Origin: Rhizophagus irregularis
Taxonomy: Eukaryota
Length of the DNA: 64,000 bases
Reading direction: 5' to 3'
Assembly: GCF_026210795.1 (NCBI RefSeq)
Contig: NC_089429.1
Location: 1 to 64,000, forward strand
In this document: positions 1 through 10,926 of the stretch, piece after piece
Numbering within the stretch: position 1 is the first letter of the stretch
How the letters are laid out: each line of letters opens with the position of its first letter
Made by a program: the position numbers and the translations under genes
Notes under the pieces: generated by a model
What the model was told of the DNA's origin: nothing
The model's database searches: none
The model's input: only the letters and a program-made list of their open reading frames with translations

Positions 1-51
1 TAATACATAAATAAAAAACATAAATTTATATATCTCATTCATTACATACTA

Positions 52-2474
52 CCGTATAGCGCCGCATATAAGACGTACTATTCAAAAATGCCAGCCTAGA
101 TTAAATAAGTATCCCGTATTATTAGAGGAGAGGATACTATAAAAAGGGGGCACATTGTAGAAGTACTAATCATGTGATAATATTATTAACAGTTAAGTAA
201 TCAAAAGAACTCTAACAATTTTCAACCGCAAAATTTAAAATAAAATAAAAAACTTCAGATGTAAAATGTAAAAATTTTGTAAATTCAGAAATTATTGTAA
301 TGATGATCGTAATTCAGATCAGAATAAATCATGAAATTCAATCACGTTTTTCGCGTTTTTATTCTGCAACTTTTATTTCATATAAAATGGGTCCCCGTGC
401 AAACAAAAGAATTAACCGCTCAACAATGACAGAAAAAAAGCGAAGACAATGGAACGCACGTGAAAAAATTGCAATTATTATGTATCATGAGAACGGCCAT
501 AGTAAAAGAAAGACAGCAGACAAGTTCAACATTCAAGCAAAGCAACTTCGTGACTGGATATCTAAAAAACCACAGTTATTAAAAGTACAGGTGGGTGTAA
601 AACGTTTAAATATAGGAGTAAAACCAAAATATCCAGCTTTAGAAACTGCTCTAGTTACCTGGGTTAAAGAAAAAAGAAAAAATCAAAATGCTGTCATACG
701 AAGTATGATTCAAATAAAAGCCCAGACCCTTGCACAACAACGTCAATGGCAAGTTATGTGTTCTGGTATCAGGTCTTTTAGGTTTAGTAATAAGTGGTTA
801 GATGGTTTCGTGAGCTGAAATAAATTGAGTAATCGTCGTCGCACTACAATTGCACAACGTTTACCTGAAGATTTAATCGAAAAACAGCAATCATTTTTGG
901 CATTCGTCATGTACCGCCGCATACAACATGATTATCCCTTAGCATATATAGGAAACATGGATGAAACGCCAGTATCATTTGATCTGCCCACCAATACAAC
1001 TGTTGATGAACTGGGTGCACGATCAGTTAGCATCCGCACTACAGGTCATGAAAGAACAAATTTTACAGTTGTATTAACCTGTATGGCAGATGGAACAAAA
1101 CTTCCCCACTCATAATTTTCAAACTCAAAAATATTCCACGAGGAAATTTTCCCCCAGGAGTTATTATTCGAACAAACCAAAAAGGATGGATGAATGAGAA
1201 TGAGATGCTCTTTTGGATTGAAAATGTATGGGTTAAACGTGAAAGGCTTTCCAATCCACAATCATTATTAGTTTTAGATTCATTTTCTGCTCGCATCGTG
1301 GATTCTGTTAAAAGGCGTTTTATCGAAAAAAAAACTGATATTGCAGTTATTCCTGGAGGGTTGACATCTCGCCTACAACCTTTGGATGTTTAGTGAATAA
1401 ATCATTTAAATCAAAGGTAATAATTATTAATTTTCTCTCCATTTTCTAGGGCGACTCTATTTTTTTTAAAAAACATTTTATTTTTATTTTCACCTTATAG
1501 ATGCGAAGAAAATACAATGAGTGGATAGCGGAAACTATAAAAGATTTAACACCAACTGGCATCATCAAAAGACCCACTTATGAAACTGTAGCACATTGGG
1601 TCAAAGATTCGTGGGAAGCTGTTGATGTTAATTTGATTCGGTGATCCTTTAAATGCTGTGGCATTTCTAACAATCGTGATGGAACTGAAGATGGCTGGAT
1701 TTTTAATTATGATCGTCTTGAACAACAAGCAAGCAAACCTAATGATGAAGTAGCACCACAATCAGATAAAGAGGACGAAAATACAAGTGATGAGGGATAC
1801 GAAACTGATACAAGTGAAGAGAACGGAACCGACGGAAGTGATGAAGAATTTGGAAATAATGAAAGTGATGAGGAATCTGAAAATGATGAAAGTGATGAGG
1901 AACATGGAAATGAAGAGGATAAATCTGATGAGAGTGAATATGAGGAGGTGGAGGATGATGGCTATTCGGGTTATTATGATGAACAAAGGAACAAATTACG
2001 TTAATGTATGGGATGAGTAAAATGGGTGGCTTTGATTGTGTAACCATTGCTAATTGATGGTTTGTTAATAAAATTTCATTTTACGGCAATTGTTTTTTTA
2101 TTACAATTAATTATATGAAAGTGTACGATATACTGTATACATTGAACTATACAGTATATTTATAAATTCAAGGTTAAAACACATGGAATAAAAATTTGCT
2201 TGTAAACATTTTTTATTAGTCCGAAGTGTAACGAAGGACTATATACTATTCGTATCGGTTTCACAAATGTTTGTTGTACATCTGGCACGTGATGATGTGC
2301 GATCGGTTTCCTTTTCCTAGTTAGTATGAAGAATTTTTATTAGTAATTATATACCGGTATTTGATTAGTACCGGGGTACTATTCAGAAATACCCGAATGT
2401 AAACTTGAATAATACACGGGTACTATTTAGGGGGGGTACTATTTGAGGGGGGTACTGTATGCAGCGCTATACGG
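52..2474 (+). mobile_element. pogo/Tigger-like (Tc1/mariner superfamily) DNA transposon, decayed
   Basis: The ~20-bp TIR CCGTATAGCGC(C/T)GCATA(T/C)A starts at 52 and its inverse ends at 2474. TA dinucleotides flank both ends (50-51, 2475-2476). A transposase lies inside. Confidence 0.9.
388..2020 (+). pseudogene. pogo-type transposase (Brinker-like HTH, CENP-B HTH, DDE_1, acidic tail), disrupted
   Basis: Motifs include YPALETALVTWV, FSNKWLDGF, IGNMDETP, LLVLDSFSA and IPGGLTSRLQPLDV. There are in-frame TGA stops at 816 and about 1642, frameshifts near 1110 and 1390, and a GT-AG intron at 1417-1500. Confidence 0.9.
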
Positions 2475-2489
2475 TAATTTCTTTTAATT

Positions 2490-3110
2490 TACTTTCTTTG
2501 TCGATTGAATCCATTTTTGTTTCTTTGTCAATTGAATCCATTTTTGAGATTTTTGAGGAAAAAATTGAAGGAAGAAGAAAAAATTGAAGGAAGTTTGAGG
2601 AAAAAATTGAAGGAAGAAGAAAAAATTGAAGGAAGTTTGAGGAAAAAATTGAAGGAAAAATGAAGGAAGTTTGAGGAAAAAATTGAAGGAAGAAAATTAG
2701 TGTTAAAGATGTTAAATCGATAAAAAATTAAAGAAAAAATTAATTATAAGGGTGATTTTTGAGGAAAAAAATTGAAGGAAGAAAATTAATGTTAAAGATG
2801 TTAAATCGATAAAAATCAGAAAAAATTAATTATAAGGGTGTTGAATCGATTTAAAAATCCAGAGAAAAAATTAATTGTAATGGGTGTCTATTTAATAAAC
2901 TCGAATTGATCTAAAAAATCAAGGGGTGTTTTATTTATTAAAATAAATTTAATTACAATCTAATTATGGTCAATAAGGGTGTTGAATCGATCTAAAAATT
3001 TAGAGAAAAAAATTAATTGTCTCGAATTGATCTAAAAAATCAAAGGGGTGTTTTATTTATTAAAATAAATTTAAATTACCAATTTAATTATCTAATTATG
3101 GTCAATAATA
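2490..3110. repeat. Degenerate tandem repeats (GAGGAAAAAATTGAAGGAAG units and longer duplicated blocks)
   Basis: Repeated units are directly visible at 2545-2700. Duplicated blocks lie at 2690-2840 and 2830-3110. Confidence 0.75.
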
Positions 3111-3569
3111 CTCTCATATATGTAATATTTATTTTGTGAATATCACAGCGTAAACTGACGGTTTTGCCTTTTAATATACTCATATTGATAGTCTTTTTTA
3201 CTCATCTTTTTAATTAAATGGCAGAGGAAAAATTTTTTTTTTCCTCTTATTAAAACTTGAATCAAACTTGGATGCAGTGATCCCACTACCCGTGAGAATA
3301 TCAAGAAAATTCCCCTTATATACAAATTTTATTTCATATGATTTCACGATCACCTTTTATAAGTATAGAGTTATCTTTAAACGTAATTAGTTGGTAACGA
3401 TTCAAACAACAAACAATATCCTTAGTTTCACAAATAAAAATTACATCATCTCCATATGATCTAGCAGGTCGAGCGCGGTTTCTATTCATGCGCGATGCCG
3501 ATCCCTACTGTAAACTGTATAGATAATTTCACGTGATCATATAAAAAATCCATCAGAAGTCTGATTTAT

Positions 3570-4200
3570 AACGAAAATTCGCAAGAAATTTCCTTCATAC
3601 TTGCTTAATTTTAAAGTTCAAAAGTCTGATTTATAAATTAAAAATCACGATCATCAAGAAAAATTCGCGAGAAATTCTTTGATAGAACCTTAATACTAAA
3701 TTAGCTGAATTAGAATTAAGCAGTATCAAGGAAAATTCTCGCGAATTTTTCTTAAAAACGTGATTTCAATTTTATTAATCGGGGAATTAAGCACGGTATC
3801 ACAAAAATTAAGCAGTATTAAGAAAAATTCTTGCGAATTTTTCTTAAGAACGTGACTTTAATTTATTAATCAAAATTAAAATAAGCGGTATCACATAATT
3901 AAACTTTAAAAATTAAGCAGTATTAAGAAAATTCTTGCGAATTTTTCTTAAGAACGTGACTTTAATTTATTAATCGAAATTAAAATAAGCGGTATCACAT
4001 TTTTAAACTTTAAAAATTAAGCAGCATTAAGAAAAATTCTTGCGAATTTTTCTTAATAACGTGTAATTTATTAATCGAAATTAAATAAGCGGTATCACAT
4101 TTAAACTTTAAAAATTAAGCGGTATCACAAAAATTAAGCAGTATCAAGAAAAATTCTTGCGAATTTTTCTTTAACAATCATGATTTAGATCTATTAATCT
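3570..4200. repeat. Array of ~60-90 bp units containing the palindrome AAGAAAAATTC(TT/TC)GCGAATTTTTCTT
   Basis: The near-perfect palindromic core occurs at about 3657, 3728, 3819, 3923, 4028 and 4146. The same motif is present at 20.0-20.4 kb and 25.5-26.6 kb. Confidence 0.85.
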
Positions 4201-4554
4201 CGCAAATATTTTGCTATCATTTATTTTCTTTTTTCTTTAATATAAATATGGAATTTACAAGTATGGTAGTAAATTTACCGAACTACAGTATTTCATTGGT
4301 ATGCAAAAAACTTTTATCAATGTTTTCTGGTTGATTATTTAACGTAAATTAAGACACTAAGTCCATTTTATATGAAATCATAGTACTTTAATTATACCTA
4401 TAATATATACATGATTGCATATTTAAGTATTACTAAGATGTTTGATAAAAATCCACATTAATAAATTAAGATTGCAATTATTAAAAATTTTTATGAAAAA
4501 TTTATTTAATTTTTTTATTATTTATTAGAAGAAAAGTTTATCATACCCTTGGCA

Positions 4555-4850
4555 ACCTTAAAACTTTTCAAAAATTCTAAAGTTTTACTTTTAGTTATGC
4601 TCACGCATAAGCAAGCCTCTTAGGTAAAACTTCAGTTATATGAAAAAAAACCAAAAAATAAAACTTCAAAAATTCTAAAGTTTTACCTAGTTATGCTACC
4701 TAGCTTAACCTACTAGGTAAAACTTCAGTTACATGAAAAAAAAAACAAAAAAATAAAACTTCAACAATTCTAAAGTTTTACCTAGTTATGCTACCTAGCA
4801 AACCTACTAGGTAAAACTTCAGTTATATGAAAAAAACAAAAAAATTATAA
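4555..4850. repeat. Tandem repeat of ~95 bp (AAAATTCTAAAGTTTTACCTAGTTATGCTAC...GGTAAAACTTCAGTTA), 3 copies
   Basis: Three visibly similar consecutive units. Confidence 0.8.
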
Positions 4851-5025
4851 AATCTTTAACCATGTATGTTAAAAAAAAAAATTTTCATTACGACCTTTAA
4901 TTTAAATAAAAAGAAAAGTTAATAAAAATATTAATAATAAAAAATATCAGCAATTTAATTATTATTTATTAATAAAAAAATATATTAATATATTATTAAA
5001 ATCAAAAAGTATAAATCTAAAAATC

Positions 5026-5256
5026 TTACCTAAAAAAAAAATTTTGAATTAATTGTGTTGGTTGTATATAACCTTCTTTAAACAGAGGTGTGACCCGATC
5101 ATTAGTACAATTTCCCGATGTTCCATGGATTGGTCCCCAACACTTTATACAAATATTCTGAAGTTCTTGTACTGTAAAAATTATACTTGGACAATTTATA
5201 AAGCCATGTTCATAATATAGGTGAATATGGCAGGGGTCTTTATAATATTCCACTGG
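5026..5256 (-). pseudogene. Partial tandem duplicate of the zinc-finger end of the 5388-6011 gene
   Basis: The translation is nearly identical to the C-terminus of the neighbouring ORF (DPCHI.LYY.HGF.NCP, CIKCWGPIHGTS.NC). The flanking 3' sequence is duplicated too. Confidence 0.75.
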
Positions 5257-5387
5257 TAATAAAAAAAAATATATTAATATATTATTAAAATCAAAAAGTA
5301 TAAATCTAAAAATCTTACCTAAAAAAAAATTTTTGAATTAATTGTGTTGGTTGTATATAAAAAAAATTTTTGAATTAATTGTGTTGG

Positions 5388-6011
5388 TTATATATAATCT
5401 TCTTTAAACGGAGGTGTGATCCGATCATTAGTACAATTTGTCGATGTTCCATGGATTGGTCCCCAACACTTTATACAAATATTCTGAAGTTCTTGTGCTG
5501 TAAAAATTATATTCGGACAATTTCTGAATCCATGTCCGTAATATAGGCAAATATGGCAGGGGTCTCTATAAAATTTCACTGGTAAAATCCAGTTGGTTGT
5601 CGGACAAATTTTTATATCTTTCGCCGAATAAAGTTGTACTGGTGGTGGGGATGATGATGGCGGAGGCGGAGATGATGATGACGATGACGGAGATGAAGAT
5701 GGTGGAGATGATGATGGGGGCAACGATGATAATGATGATGATAATATTGAAGGTGGTGGTGACGATGATGTAAATGATGTCGGTGGTGATGATGATGATA
5801 TTGACGTTTTTACCATGCATAATAACTCATGTATTGTTTTATCCTGATTACGAGTTAATTCATTTATCGTGTCATTTTGAGCGCGTGTTAATTCAACTAA
5901 AAAATTTGATAGATTAGTGATGACTCCAAAGCTTTTATCGATATTATTGAGTATATCTTTTGTAGTAACGTTATTTTCTATGACTGAAAAACTTTCGTTA
6001 TCTTCAGTCAT
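5388..6011 (-). CDS. Hypothetical protein: short coiled-coil, Ser/Pro-rich linker and two CCHC-like zinc knuckles; possible transposon accessory or gag-like protein
   Basis: 207-aa ORF with CHICLYYGHGFRNC (C-x2-C-x4-H-x4-C) and CIKCWGPIHGTSTNC (C-x2-C-x4-H-x5-C). Confidence 0.6.
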   Translation of the reverse strand: MTEDNESFSVIENNVTTKDILNNIDKSFGVITNLSNFLVELTRAQNDTINELTRNQDKTIHELLCMVKTSISSSSPPTSFTSSSPPPSILSSSLSSLPPSSSPPSSSPSSSSSSPPPPSSSPPPVQLYSAKDIKICPTTNWILPVKFYRDPCHICLYYGHGFRNCPNIIFTAQELQNICIKCWGPIHGTSTNCTNDRITPPFKEDYI

Positions 6012-6819
6012 TTTTGTAAAAAAGCTTGGTGAATAAAGAGTACTTAGTGTGAGTAAAAAAAAATTTGCGTGAAAAAAAGTATTTAAAAAAAAAAATTTTG
6101 CGCGAAAAAAACTGAGTATTTAAAAAAAAATTTTGCGCGAAAAAAAGTATTTAAAAAAAAAAATTTGCGTATTTAAATAATGTGTGAAAATTTACTTGGT
6201 TCTAATACTTAAATAGAAGTTGATCTGCTTATCTTAAGGCTTTTTACTCATTCTGGTATTTAAGCTTTTTGGTAGTAGTTTTTTTAATACTTAATTAGAA
6301 ATCCGACCAGCTTATCTTGAGGCTTTTTACTTGTTCTGGTATTTAGATGTTTATTTTTGACTGTAAAACTACCATTCTAATAGGAAAAATTTTTTTACTG
6401 CATTTCTTACGTTAAATGCTAAATATTTAATAATCTTCATTGCTTAAAAATGGTTTGTAATACCAAAATTACCCAATAAATTGATATTTAAGTTATTTAA
6501 GTCTACATTTGTTTTACTTTATTAATTTCTCATTCACATAGTAATTTTTAATATTAAATAAGGTAAAACAAAAGTTAATTTACTGGATACCATGTTAAAA
6601 TCGTCATACGATTTGCATAATATCGACCATAAACAGTCTGAAATTTAAAAATCACAAGCCATAAATCAAATAAATTGCGTAAAATTGCGTAATATAGCAT
6701 AGCCTATCTAAGAAATCAGTAGCACATAAATCAAATAAAGTCATATAGGAAAATTAATTGCGTAATATAGCATAGGCTATCTAAGAAATCAGTAACACAA
6801 TATTTATGATCAAATGTTA

Positions 6820-7142
6820 GTATTTACGGATATTATTAATTTTTATGTAGTCATTCTCTTCAAAATGAATTAGAAGAAATTATGATTGAACTAGAATTAA
6901 TTATTTGATGGTATGTACTGTAAATAGTTTGATAAAAATGTATGTATTTTTGGCTTATGCATATATCTAATTATCCATTAGTTAAAGAAGATAATATAAG
7001 ACTTTTGTCATTTTTGGGAAATGAATCTCATGAGTTTATTGATGTATGTGCTATTGACCATTGTGTAGGATTTATTAAAATTAATTAAACTTACTATATA
7101 ATAGATAAAGAAGAACTAAATAATGATTTAGATGAATGGAAA
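6820..7142 (+). pseudogene. Remnant of the 3' end of a CACTA/Tnp2-like transposase
   Basis: Manual translation gives EFIDVCAIDHCVGFIKIN*TYYIIDKE, which parallels YVEVIGIDRNVRFFEV...YYIIDK at the end of the 22.1-25.4 kb transposase. Confidence 0.55.
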
Positions 7143-7390
7143 AATTTTTTTTTTTTAAAATACATAATATATGAAATAATGATCTAACAATCACCGCGCA
7201 TGTAATATGCAAATCATTTTCATATTAAAAAAAATTCGTGTAACCATATTTGAGTCACTTCATTTTATGATAAACCGTCAATTTTAATATGTAACTCCCA
7301 TACAAATTAAGTAATTTGATAGAACATCATGTGCTTTACTAGTCTCTGAAGTTAATTTTCCATTTTTGAAATTTTTTTTTTTCTCTTCGC

Positions 7391-8489
7391 TGTAAACGGT
7401 CAAATATCAAGCACGAAAAGATGATAAAATCCAATCACCAAATGTAATTGCCAAATATTAAGAACGAACAAATTGATTATGAATTGGCGTAGATGGATAA
7501 ATAATTAGCCGAAAAGGATAAACATTTAGGAAGAGTAATGATCTACATGATGTAATATTTATCAAATGATTGACAAAGAACCAATAGGATAAATAGAGTC
7601 GATCAATTGCGGCTTAGCGATCTTTAACAATAAGAACGATAAGAAAGAATAATTATAAGCCACAAAAGATAGATTATAAGCAAAACACATAAAGCGAATT
7701 AAAAGAACATATAAAATAATATCAGAAAGATTAAAGAACACAAAATAATGTAAAAGATAATATAAAAAGATAGTATAAAGATGGAACGTAAAAGATAATA
7801 TATTAAAAAGAACATATATAAAAAGATAGCATATTAAAAGATAGCATATTAAAAGATAGCGTATTTAAAATATAGATAGTATATTAGAAAGATAATTCAA
7901 AGATAATATGTAAAAAGAACATAAAAGATAGTATATAGATAGAATAGAAAGTAGCATAAAAATTGTATATATAGAGAGCGGAATTCAAGGTGATTCCATA
8001 GTTCTCATCCACAGAACTCAATAAAAATATAAGTTTTATTTTTTTAATTATTTGTTAGTAAAGTTTAATGTTAATTAAAGGTAATAGGTTCGCCCTAAAC
8101 TTTAATTAATGTTGGCTTAATTAATTTTAATTGAGTAAATGGAAATTTTAAGGTGAATTAAATATACACTTTTGGAAAGTAATAATTCGTAGCGAGAGCT
8201 ATCGAAGTTTGAAATTAAAGGTAAAAGTGGATATAATTTGGGGAAAATTTAGAGAAGTTAAATTTTATTTTATTTCGTTTGACGTTTTATATTACTAACG
8301 TTATCTATGTCGTGAACCAAGAATGTTGTATGTTGTTTGTTGATTATGTTGTTTGTTAATTATGTCGTTGATTATTTGCTTGTTCGTTTAATTGTTCGTT
8401 CGTTCGTTTATTCGTTCGTTCGACCATGGGAATGCCCGTTCGATGTGGCAACTCTGTAAATTGATGACAGAGGGAATTGGGGGATCTCA
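7391..8489 (+). repeat. 5' LTR (1099 bp)
   Basis: Starts TGTAAACGGTC and ends GGGGATCTCA; direct repeat of 17197-18294. Confidence 0.97.
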
Positions 8490-8491
8490 TA

Positions 8492-8506
8492 TGGTGCATG
8501 CTCGCA
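8492..8506 (+). promoter_or_regulatory. Putative primer-binding site (TGGTGCATGCTCG); priming tRNA not identified, possibly tRNA-Gly
   Basis: TGG, complementary to the tRNA CCA end, begins 2 nt after the 5' LTR. Confidence 0.6.
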
Positions 8507-9457
8507 AGAAAGGAAATGATCATCATCACATGATTATTATTATAATGAATATGAAAATTTAATTTCGTTAGTAAGTCACTGATAGGTATTATTAATCAAT
8601 ATTTTATTTTAGAATTTATTTTTAGATTTCAGGTTTTGACGAGTTCAAAAGGAACCAATAAATCAATAAGGATTTAATTGAGTTAAAAAACTTGAAAAGG
8701 TGAAAGATTGGAGTTTGGAGTTGTGCAAGTAATCACTTAATCGATAGAAAGCACAAGAATATTTCTTTCGGGAATAAAGTACCTGAGAAATTTCATAAGG
8801 AGATGTGGAAGTGAAAGATGAATTTTGGAATAAAGATTAATAATGGGAGAACACCAATGTATTATCTGGGGTTCATCTGTGTGGTATGGGTTACCTCTGA
8901 GTTTGAATTTTGGATAAATGCTCGAGATTGGAAAATTTTTATTCTTCGACATTAAAGATTATAACGTATGGGTTACGTCAAATCTGGATACCCAGCTCAA
9001 TAACGCGCGAATTGCTTTGGGGACGGGGAATGAAAATTGTAAAGACACCTACTATCAAGAAACATTGAATGGATAAAATGGGACAAACCTGTAAACTATC
9101 GTGCTTTTACCCAATGGGAAAAAGATAGAGATAAGCCCAGTATAGGTCCACCAATTTGAGGAAAGATAAGTTGGTTTAGATGAGTTTTATGGATAGCTGA
9201 TGACTTTTGAAACTGGATTTTGGAAGGTTAGATTCACCCGTTAAGAGACAAGTCGGCCAACGAAGGAGGAAAAAATGGATACATTGTATTGTTACAGGTC
9301 CTAGGCTACATTTCAGATGAAGGTTCCTGGTGTAGTGTCCTAGTTCACGCTCTCATTACAATGTTCCATTAAAAGAAGATAAAATAGAAGGATATTTACA
9401 CATTAACGAGCCGTATAATGAATATTACGTGCAGTATTTAATAATAGAGTAAAATCC

Positions 9458-9590
9458 GAAAAGAAGGACGTTGATTTAAAAGAAGGACATTTATTTAAAA
9501 GAAGAACATTTATTTGAAAAAGAATATTTATCTGAAAAAGAACATTTATTTGAAAAGAAGGACATTTATCTGAAAAGAACGACATTTTGC
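9458..9590 (+). repeat. 20-bp tandem repeat (AAAAGAAGGACATTTATTTG-like, about 6 copies) in the retrotransposon leader
   Basis: Directly visible periodic units. Confidence 0.8.
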
Positions 9591-10072
9591 GTAATATAGA
9601 TTAATTTACATAACATAGAATATTTAGTAAGAAGGATTTATGTGGATGATAAGAAAGATTGAAGATTCGCAAACTTTAAAAGTTATGAAAATTTTGGAGT
9701 TTGTGATATGTGAAATTATGAATCACAGTGATAGGAGATAAATTTTAGAATGTGATATGTGAGATTATGGATCTTGGTGACAAAAGATAAACCTTGTGGC
9801 GCAGTAAAAACCTCCGCAGTCTGAGGAGATCGTGGACTTAGAAAAATTTTTGAAATTTTGAGGCGCAGCAAAAATTAATAATAGAATATGGAGTAGTAAA
9901 TATATAAAACTGAAAGATGGAATTTAAAGATTGAAAGGAGCAATCTATTTAAAGATAAAAGAATGTTTAGAAGATTGAAAATAGAAACATAGAAGATTGA
10001 AAATAGAAACGATGAGAGTGAAATATATATATATATAAAAGGAGGTGAAATTTTAGTTAAGATTCTGGATGA

Positions 10073-10753
10073 ATGATTACAACGATGGAATGGTATGAAA
10101 CTTGGAGGGTCGATTATGAGAACCACAAATTAAGACATGACGAAAATATTGGAAATGTGGATATAGGTGAATTAAGAGGAGAAAATATAACATGTGAAAT
10201 ATGTTATTCAGTAAAAGATACGCCAGAAGTTTTTAAGAAATTTTGGAGAATATTACAAAAATTTGAATATACAATAAGGGATTATAATGCAGAAACTATA
10301 AGGGCGTTAATAAATTTATTAAGTATAGATAGTGAAGAAAGAAATAATTATACAAAAGGAAAAACTAGAGATGCATTAGATATAATAGTTGAATCGATAA
10401 GATACTTGAAACAACCAATATTGAGAGAGAAAGGATTAAAGATAATAATAATAGTGATTGTGAGAGACTGTATGGAAAATGACAAAGAAGATGAAACAAT
10501 GGACAGATTAATAGGGAATGAAGAATTGATAAGATACGGCTATATTTTGGAAGATTGGGATGTAAATATAAGATTTAGGGAATTTTATGAATGGCATAAA
10601 GTGGCTATATCAGATTTTATAGAATGGAAAGATAGTGTTATTAGAAAATACAAAAATATATTGTATGAGGAAGCAGAATTAAAAGAAGATGAGTCAATAG
10701 AAAAAATAGAAGCGTTTAAACAAAAGATTAGATCAATGTTGAACACAATGTAG
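10073..10753 (+). CDS. Retrotransposon ORF upstream of gag, function unknown
   Basis: 226-aa ORF with the same purine-rich codon style as the element and a CEIC motif. Its end overlaps the open gag frame (10732 onward) in the -1 frame. Confidence 0.7.
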   Translation: MITTMEWYETWRVDYENHKLRHDENIGNVDIGELRGENITCEICYSVKDTPEVFKKFWRILQKFEYTIRDYNAETIRALINLLSIDSEERNNYTKGKTRDALDIIVESIRYLKQPILREKGLKIIIIVIVRDCMENDKEDETMDRLIGNEELIRYGYILEDWDVNIRFREFYEWHKVAISDFIEWKDSVIRKYKNILYEEAELKEDESIEKIEAFKQKIRSMLNTM

Positions 10754-10926
10754 GTCGTGGTGGAGGAATTAAAAAAGAGATAGTTGAAAAAGTTTATGAT
10801 AAGATTAGAGGGTTTGAACAATTAAATATAGATGAAACAGATAGTGATGATACACCAAGAAGCTATACTATAACAGAAACAGACGATGAGAAAGAAGGAA
10901 ATTTACCAATTAGTAAAAATGAAGAA

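Noticed and set aside
8600..9400. Possible additional ORF in the retrotransposon leader
   Set aside because: All frames I read are interrupted by stops within short distances, and no motif was recognised.
10715..10721. TTTAAAC slippery heptamer that might join the upstream ORF to gag
   Set aside because: It is in the wrong phase (TTT AAA C), and the -1 frame has a TAG at 10729 just downstream.
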